Of a stretch of 16,204 nt of DNA, positions 8,497 to 16,204 are shown piece after piece. A program made the translations under genes and the position numbers. Source of the DNA: Octopus sinensis (Eukaryota); NCBI RefSeq assembly GCF_006345805.1, contig NW_021825243.1, positions 1-16,204 of the forward strand. Reading direction: 5' to 3'. The notes under the pieces were generated by a model. It did no database searches. It was not told the DNA's origin and worked only from the letters and a program-made list of their open reading frames with translations. Position 1 is the stretch's first letter. Each line of letters starts with the position of its first letter.

Positions 8497-10727
8497 ATGC
8501 CTGAGTCAAAGAATCACGTTCCGAAAAGTTGATTAAATGGAATTCCTAGATTGAAGAAAAGTGAAAAATCATTTGAATTTATCCTCTCAGTCGTTGGATA
8601 TGCTATTGGATTAGGAAACATATGGAGATTCCCATATCTTGCTTATACAAATGGCGGAGGTAGTTTCACGTTTTTCGAATCACTTTTAGGAGCATTTTTG
8701 ATACCTTATTTGTTATTCCTAGTTCTCACTGGAATCCCCATGTTTTATCTAGAATTTTGCATTGGACAGTTTAGTTCTTGTAGACCAATTAATGCATTTT
8801 CTATGGTACCAATTTTCAAAGGTTTTTTTTCATATTTTTTGATATTTAATTACAGGAATTGGAATCTCAATGGCAGTTATATCTGGATTAGTTACCATGT
8901 ATTATAATATTATTGTTTCTTACGCACTTATATACTTTGTTAAATCGTTTGCAAGTCAGCTTCCGTGGGAAACGTGCAACAATTCTTGGAACTCTATACA
9001 TTGTACAGACAGAACACAAAATATCACAGTTAATATTTCTTTTTTAAAAATCCCTCAATTAGGTTATCATTGTATAAATTATATTTTCAGACAAAATTAA
9101 TCAAAATTTTTTATGCTTAAATGAGACAATTGCAGATTTCTTAAAACAAAAGAATATACATTCGGATGCTCTGGTTAATAAATTTTGGACTTATTTCAAT
9201 TGCTCAACTTATAAAAGTATTTCACCTTCTGAAGAATTTTGGAAGTTTGTTTTTTAAAGATAAAAAACATTTTTATAGAAATTACATCTTACAGCAATCT
9301 AGCAGTATTTCAGAAACCGGAAAATTTGTTCCGACTCTTGTCGGAGCTCTTGCTATATCGTGGATTTTACTTTTTCTGTGTCTATCAAAAGGAATTCAAT
9401 CGAGTGGAAAAGTTTGATTATTTTACATAGCTTATAGGTTGTATATGTTACATCAATATTGCCATATATCTTAATAACTGTAATGTTAGTTCGGGCCAGT
9501 CTTCTGCCAGGCTCACATAATGGCATTCTGTATTTTATTAAACCTGATTGGTCAAGACTGTTGGATAAATCTGTATTTATTTATTATTATCTGATATTAT
9601 AGGTCGGATAGCTGCTGCAACACAATATTTATTCAATGGGTATTGGATTCGGATCTTTACTACTCTATGCTTCATATAACGATTTTAATAACAAATTTGA
9701 AAGGTAATTACATATCCTGTTAACAAATAGTGATGCTGTTTTAATGTTCATTAATAAATTGTGGAACAAGCATATATGCAGGTTTGCTGTTTTTTTCGAA
9801 TAATTGGACATTTGAGCTTAAAAACAGGTACCAATAAACGAAGTAGTTACTCAAGGTTGCAAACATGATATAATATTTATTATAGGTGTGGGTTTAATAT
9901 TTGTTATCTATCCCGAAGTTTTAAAAACATTACCTATCGCACCTTTATGGTCTTGCTTAGTATTCTTATGATAATTTAGTTGGAATTGATACTCAGGTAA
10001 ATAAAATTTTATATCTAATTTTGATTAATAGTTTGGAATGTATGAAGCTTGTCTTTCATTAATTTTTGATTCATTTTTCATTTTAAAAAATGGAGAGTAA
10101 CGGTTACATTTTTTGTTGTTTTCATATGGTTCATATTAGGTCTCCCATTAACTACACAGGTTTTTAACAATTAAAATTTAATTAAAACAATAGGCTGGAA
10201 TTTATTGGCTTACGTTACTGGATACAAGAAGTGCTCATTATCACTTATATTGGTTACTCTCTTGGAAAATATTGCTGTTTTGCTGGATTTATGGTATAAA
10301 AAATTTATCTGAAGACATTTTAATGATGACCGGTAAAAAACCTAACTATTACTGCTGGAAATTTACTTGGCTTTTAACTTGCCCACTAATTTTACTTGTA
10401 TTAAAGTAATGTTTATTTTAGGGATTCTAATATTTTCGATGGTTACGTACACTCCCATTACTTATAATAAAGTTTTAATGCCTGTATTTACAGAATATTT
10501 GGGATGGGGAATATTTCTAGCACCGGTCCTTTGTATTGTTGCATACGCAGTTTATATAATTAATAAAAAGTAATTATACAAAAAAAGGTACTTAAATGAT
10601 AAAAATATTATTTAAGACCTTTAAATCCTTATTTCTCCCTAATTCCCGCTATGGACCAGTCAAAAATGAAAACAGGGATGGAGTCGATATAAATTACACG
10701 GAACTAAATGTAGCATCTAATACATGA
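8497..10727 (+). CDS. SLC6 (NSS) sodium/chloride-dependent amino-acid transporter, proline/glycine-transporter-like; at least 12 micro-introns
   Basis: TM1 [28 protein letters not shown] has Gly rather than the monoamine-type Asp. Also [26 protein letters not shown]|[37 protein letters not shown]|FG and WIYG. GT-AG introns at 8660-8689, 8822-8855, 9063-9090, 9245-9278, 9412-9437, 9573-9602, 9704-9730, 9856-9885, 9997-10031, 10160-10193, 10398-10421 and 10588-10616. The start codon and first exon are uncertain; 8551-9602 splices cleanly, while the 3' half has 1-nt indels. Confidence 0.92.
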
Positions 10728-10764
10728 TTATCTTTAAACTAAATTGATTATTCTTATTAAAACA

Positions 10765-10777
10765 AATAAAATTTATT
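10765..10777. terminator. Back-to-back AATAAA polyadenylation signals for the two convergent genes
   Basis: AATAAA on plus at 10765-10770 and on minus at 10772-10777, inside the 92-nt gap between the two stop codons. Confidence 0.5.
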
Positions 10778-10819
10778 TAAAAATATTAATATTTGTGATG
10801 CAAAGAAGAATTTACCAAT

Positions 10820-13619
10820 CTATTCAAAGGACAATCCATTTGGTTTGCTTATATCAAATGCCAAGACCTTCTTTGAGAGACTTGTAAAATTTTCTGGTAA
10901 AAGATCAGACTTCTCATATTCATCATAAATATTAGTTAAGTACTGCTTTTCATTTTCAAAAAACTCTTGAATTATCTAAAAATATAAAACTAGAAGAGAT
11001 ACATAATCTTCACGAAGTTGATCCAAAGTAGTATTTTTCTCAGAATGTTTCTCTTTACTTCCCCCGTCAAACGATTTATGCTGAACGAGATAATTAATAT
11101 ACATTTGCTGTTCGGGTAAACAAAATTTTTAAACTTTTTCATCTTCTAGATTTTGAAACTGTTGTTTGAAATAGTTATGAGACGTTCAGATTCGTTCGAA
11201 TAGTTCTCTTTAATTTGCTTAAATTCTTTAAACAATTCTTCATCTGAACATATAATCACAAATTATTAACTAAATTGTTTTTTCTTTGTGATCAATTTAA
11301 TTTCTTTTCCAATTTTTTAATTACAGGTTGATATCTGTGTCTAATTTATAAAAACTATCACGTTCTTCTTTAACCAAAAGAGAAAAATTCTAAAAATATT
11401 TAAACTAATCACCATTTGAAATCTCTCATCTTGTTCTCGAGCTCGTATGTCTACACTCTATTAAGTGCCTCTAAAAGTAATTTTTCCATTTCTAGTTGAT
11501 GGTTTCTTTAATTTCATATAAATTTTTCTCACAGTCTAAAAATTGCTAAAATTTGAAAACAAATACCTAAAATTAAATCCATTTTTTCAGAATATGCCTT
11601 TAAATCATATCGAAAATGGTGGTCATGCGGTTAACATAAACTGTAATTCGTTCTGTGTTCTTGTTTTTGATTTCCGTAACAAAGTCCATTTCCTTAAAAG
11701 AAATCGAATTAATTGATACTTTAATTATCATATTTTTTTCGCATGATGACATGGTTAATCGGTCACTCACCTTCGCCTGACGTTTGTATTCTTGTTTTAG
11801 TGTTTTTCGATAAAACTTCACATCATCGCTCTATTATATATTCACAAGTCAGCTTATAAGAATTATACCTCCTGAGCATCCATTTTTCTTATAAATAGTT
11901 TGTAGGCGTTGCAGGCGTCCACACACGCTGAATACACTGCTGAAGTCCGTTTTTTAGAAATTTTTTGAAGATCACCAATCACTTTATGATAAATCTTGTT
12001 GACCATTTCAGATGAGTTGCTATTAGCTGGTCGTAGGACTTTGTGTTTCGATTTTAACGAACTTCAGAATTTTCCTATTTCTGTCTTGCCACTTGCGGTA
12101 TGGAAGAAGATTTTTCTTTTTGAGATTTTTTCCAAGAACTGTGGTTTCTTCTCGTTATTTCGTTAGTTTCAGTCTTGGGGTCGTCTCTGCACGTTCTTTC
12201 GTTTCTTTTATAGCAAAATTTCCATCTTCATCAATATAAGTACTTTGATGCATAAAAGTTTTAGATTTTGTTATTTTTCTTGAAGAATTATCTTGCAGAA
12301 CTTGTTGAGACGTTCTTATTGAATTTTCTGAATTTGTATTAATTGGAATCGAGTCCAAAATTTCTTGATCGTTTGAAACCGATTTTTCGTCTTCGATAAT
12401 TTCTTCCATCACCAATTCTCCAGAAAGAAAAGAAACCAATGACTGCATTGCCTTTTCATTGAAATCTTTGGTTATAAAAGTATGCTAAAAATCAATCAAT
12501 TATAATACATTTAATAAATTCTCAGTGGTAGGCCTTTCTGCAGGACTTTTAATAAGCATAGAAGAAATGAATTCTACAAACGAATTTGACCAGTTATTAG
12601 TATTCTCTAACGAAGGAGGCTCCGAATGAATAATAACAAGTCCAACTCGCAGTGGGACTACTTCATCATGAGGCGGTTTGCCTTGAGCCAATTCAATCCC
12701 AGTGATTCCTTTGTTAATTAATCACTTTTTAATAAAGTTTAATTAATATTTGCAATATTTAATTAATATCAATCAATTTAATTATTTAAATGATAAAATA
12801 TCCCAATTAGGTTCTAAATTATTATTTTTATATCGAATTTGTACTAAAAATTAAAAATGAATGACGCAATATATAATAATTGATACAAACCTAAGGACCA
12901 AATATCAGCACTTGTGTTGTAGCGTAAGTTGCTATCGGTTTCACATAAATACTTCCGGAGCCATCCAATAGGGGTTCCTATAAACTATTTCGGCCAATTT
13001 CTTCGGTATTCATCAGTAACAGCCACTCCAAAATCACTATATGCTATTGAACTAAATAGGACATACCAATCTTGATAATGGCTGACTCATTTAACATGAT
13101 GTTGCTTTGACTTTATATCTCTGTGAATAATCCTCTGCTTGTGAAGATATGAAGTCCGTACAAAACAGATCTCATCACCGCTTTAATCTGAATTTCAGAT
13201 AACTCGTCTCCCGATTTGGCCAATTCCTCATTATGAGGTCAAATGATCCAAATTTACAGAATTCCAATATAGCTTAGGAATGTATCAAAAAATTGTTACA
13301 TAAATCGTATTCTCTCTGGTTGATATAGTAGAGGTTATATAGCCATTATATTTGAATGTTCCAGCTCTGAAAGGATTTCGATCTCATTTAAATAGTCTTC
13401 AATATCATCTTCTATTTTTATTTCCTTCAAGGCTCCAATTGATTAGTTTTGTTATTGATTGTCTAATTTATTGAAACTTAATTTAAACATGCCTTGTATA
13501 CTTTTCCCAATGCACCGTCCTCCAATTTCTGAATATTTTGACCAGTCAGTGTGACTATTGGAGGTGTCTTTGAGTTTTTGAATAAGTTTTGAATGATTTT
13601 TTGATGGAATCTGACCCAT
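10820..13619 (-). CDS. SLK: STE20-family kinase of the SLK/STK10 (LOK, Slik) group with C-terminal coiled-coil region
   Basis: Reassembled kinase motifs: DGAFGKVYK, ALKEI, YLNEIEIL, HRDIKSSN, DFG, FIGTPYWMAPEV-x-CETD, ADIWSLG|ITGIELAQGKPPHDEVVPLRV, HSEPPSL..WSNSFVEFI, RPTTENLLN|HTFI, then acidic EEIIEDE and KTFMHQSTYIDEDG. These match SLK/LOK features. Introns at 13463-13492 (GC-AG), 13273-13299, 13037-13066, 12709-12890, 12485-12508, 11831-11868, 11567-11597 (GC-AG, less certain), 11390-11412, 11244-11270 and 10976-11002. The start codon is tentative. Confidence 0.88.
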
Positions 13620-14015
13620 CCGTTACTAATTCTATCAAAATGTTAATATTTGAAAAAAATAATCAAGTTAAAAAATGCAACATGAATACGAAGCGGTACA
13701 ATGTATTTTTAATTAAACTATTTATTTTTGCAGATATTTAAACTTTACATAATTATTTTTATATATATATAAAAAATATTATCTTTTCTGGTTACAAAAA
13801 GATTGATTACCACTGTTTAATAACTAAGTACATTTGACCATCGCAAATTGGCCATTTTTATTCCTTAGAATTTTGTGGTTATTTTAAAAATAAAATCACT
13901 AAATTTTAAGAACAATGAGCAAATATTTGTCTTAAAAATTGGTTAATGAACCAAAAAACGTTTTTAAGTTCTATTAGAATGAAATGTAATTCTAACTGTT
14001 GTTTTCATTCATAAT

Positions 14016-15435
14016 TAGGGCAATTTAAGTTAAAAAGTTAAAATATATGAAAATGTGTATTTTGGCTTAAAAGTAAAATAAAGTATTTTTAAATGAAATA
14101 GTTCTTATTAAAGAAAAAATAAGTTAAAAAGTTAAAAAATTTTTTTATAAGTTAAAAATTTTAACTTTATTTAAAATAGCGCGTGGGTGTTTAGTATGCC
14201 AAGAACTGCAAAAACAATGTATTTTAAGGCAAAAAAAATTGTTATTGAATATCCGCTGGAGTTTTTATTACGAGAGAATGGCGAGTTGCAATGTCAACTT
14301 TGCTTATGCACAGTCAGGTGTGAGAAATCAACTTGTATTCGCCATAAGTGACGAGGTCACTATTCGTAGTCAAAAATTTGTTGCAGTTTTAATGGGGATA
14401 CTTAAAAATCCCGATAAAACTTATTTGATTTCTTTCGTAAAAATTGATAAAACTTCTACCAAAGAAACAATTATTCAAATTGTTGACGATACGATTAAAT
14501 GCGTTTTAATTGAAAGACAAAATTTTCCTTCTCCTAATAACAGATTCCGCTAAATATATGCTAGCAGTTTTAATTTAACATATAATATAGCTGGAAAAGT
14601 TCTTAATCTTTTATATCCAAGGTTATTTCACGTAACTTTGTGTTGCTCATCTGATGCATAATTGTTCAATGAAAATCAGGACTATTTATCCTGAAATTGA
14701 TTCTCTTATTGCATCAATTCAAGCGGCAATAACAAAAATAACAAGAAAACGACTATTTAATGAAATTGGAATTCACCTCATGTAGTTTTAACTAGATGGG
14801 GTACTTGGCTAACTGCTGCATTTTATTATGCAAAAAATTTAATACATGTGATAAACATTTTCAAACAATTCCTGATGATGGAATCATTGTTCAGGCTGCA
14901 AAAAATAGCCTAAGAGATGATCTCTAGTAAAAAGCTTAAGTTCTATTGTTAGAAATTATTCGACAATTCCAGGTAAACTAGTTAAATATAGCGAATTATT
15001 GTGCAAATTTGAAAGTTCTCACTCCTCAATAGAGTTAGCTTACAATGAGCTAAAGAATTTAAAATTTGACGACGAATCAGATATAATTGAAAAATATTTG
15101 AATGACGATTACAAAAAATGATTTATGTCAAATTATAAGAATGACAAATTCATCAATTTCTCCTGAAGAATATGTATGCTTTTAAAGTGTCAGCCTTCAT
15201 CCTCTTCCATAGAACGATGCTTCTCTCAAATTAAAAACTTTATAAGGGATAACAGAAATTTTAATATTGAAAATATAGAGAATTATGTTATATGTTGTAT
15301 AATAAATGATTCTTAAGTTAAAATTGTTAGGTTAAATTTTTGTTTTATAGGTTAAAATTTTGGTTATTTTTAGGTTAAAAAGTTAAAATTTTTGGTAAAA
15401 AATCGAAGTTTTTAGGTTAAAAAAAAATTGCCCTA
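14016..15435 (+). mobile_element. hAT DNA transposon, Ac-type ends, CGGBP1-like transposase, internally deleted
   Basis: 11-bp TIRs TAGGGCAATTT (14016-14026) and AAATTGCCCTA (15425-15435). Perfect 8-bp TSD TTCATAAT (14008-14015, 15436-15443), fitting the Ac-family nTnnnnAn consensus. Clustered RGTTAAAA subterminal repeats at both ends. Confidence 0.95.
14196..15316 (+). pseudogene. hAT transposase remnant with a CGGBP1-like zinc finger and a 24-nt intron
   Basis: MPRTAKT...ELQCQLCLC...CIRH runs directly into SDEVT (first catalytic Asp), so the linker appears deleted. It continues ITDSAKYMLA|AGKVL, HVTCVAH, LTRWGTW, CQPSSSSIERCFS and RNFNIENI...stop at 15314-15316. Confidence 0.85.
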
Positions 15436-16204
15436 TTCATAATACTTGGTTTGTAATTTCTTATTGAAGATACTAGATAAACTTCATGTACAGTCTCATG
15501 ATTGGCCAAGAGTTCATTCTCTATGCAGTTAACCTAGCCACAATATTCCTTAATTCAATTTCTTATAAGGATTATAAACCGAATAGTTTTTTTATTTTCC
15601 AGTAATTCCGTCAAATAGATTAACTTGCGTGTATAAAATACTCTTGAGGATTGTATAATGCAGATATCAATTGTAGAAGCAATCTTGTACTATTGTTGAA
15701 ATAAACAATATTTTTATTCATTCCAAATTCAGGGGATACAATTGCAGGGAGTTTGTTAATTAATGATAATAATTAAGACTGACCTAGTAACATTAAGAAT
15801 GAAAACCTTGGGTTCTGTTAGACGAAACTAAGCTAGATATTTATATTTAGTTTAGAATATATGTTTACGGTTAAATTGTAATACTGACTATTCAATTTAA
15901 GTTTTCATTATTTTAAGAATTTTATTTATACAAAGTTCATAAGTACTTTTAAAAATGATATACTATATATTATTTTTTTGCATTTTCTAAAAAGTCGATT
16001 ATTGTCTCACTTTGAAACAAAATTAAAAAAATCAATAACGAATACGATTACTTTAGAACAGCGGAAACTAGACTATGAAATAACTACAGAGAAATACTAC
16101 TTGATTTCCCGTGCCACTAGAAAAGAGACTCTCAATATCTATTCAGAAATTGCAAAAATCAAGGGTAAATTAAGAACCTCAGGCATGTGGTCTTGACAAA
16201 CACG

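Larger units (their letters stand above)
13770..16204 (-). other. Possible unidentified host gene interrupted by the Ac-type hAT element
   Basis: Removing the element and one TSD gives an open frame ENELLANHETVHEVYLVSSIRNYKPSIMNENN. A 26-nt GT-AG segment (13971-13996) then joins it to KLKNVFWFINQFLRQIFAHCS. Further coding-like stretches lie upstream (LPAIVSPEFGMNKNIVYF...QVNLFDGITGK). Confidence 0.35.

Noticed and set aside
8530-8532. In-frame TGA near the SLC6 start as stop-codon reassignment or selenocysteine
   Set aside because: It falls inside a plausible GT-AG micro-intron (8528-8549) in an indel-noisy stretch, and other genes here end at TGA, TAA and TAG, consistent with the standard code.
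11304-11324. 21-nt GT-AG candidate intron in the kinase gene
   Set aside because: The segment reads as sensible coiled-coil coding sequence (QPVIKKLEKKL) in frame, so splicing is not required.
15978-16196. 72-aa plus ORF
   Set aside because: It has a non-ATG start and no recognisable motif, and the opposite strand is equally coding-like. It cannot be called without the sequence beyond the window.
1-16204. rRNA, tRNA or prokaryotic operon features
   Set aside because: I recognised no conserved rRNA segment, cloverleaf or Shine-Dalgarno/operon organisation; a tRNAscan-SE/Infernal run would be needed to exclude small RNAs formally.

Overview
AT-rich eukaryotic, almost certainly metazoan, genomic DNA from a species with miniature spliceosomal introns (nearly all 23-38 nt). 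This architecture suggests a compact-genome animal parasite such as an orthonectid, dicyemid or myxozoan (inference, not determined). About 45% of the window is mobile DNA. From left to right: (1) a 5'-truncated restriction-like-endonuclease fragment of a CRE-type non-LTR retrotransposon (1-313, minus). (2) A Ginger/TDD-like TIR element (394-2900) containing a telomere-like hexamer array, into which a non-autonomous Buster hAT element (880-1982) has inserted. (3) A Merlin element (2990-3880). (4) A second, probably full-length Buster hAT element (6007-8154). (5) An Ac-type hAT element with a CGGBP1-like zinc finger (14016-15435). All five DNA elements have readable TIRs and target-site duplications. 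Two host genes are clear and lie tail to tail: an SLC6 amino-acid transporter (about 8497-10727, plus) and an SLK/STK10-type STE20 kinase (about 10820-13619, minus). The most striking observation is that three distinct transposases (Buster-1, Merlin, Ac-type hAT) each carry a host-sized 24-33 nt GT-AG intron inside a conserved motif. Many reading frames are broken by single-base indels, mostly shortened homopolymer runs. This is best explained as long-read consensus error, so frameshifts here should not be taken as proof of pseudogenisation.
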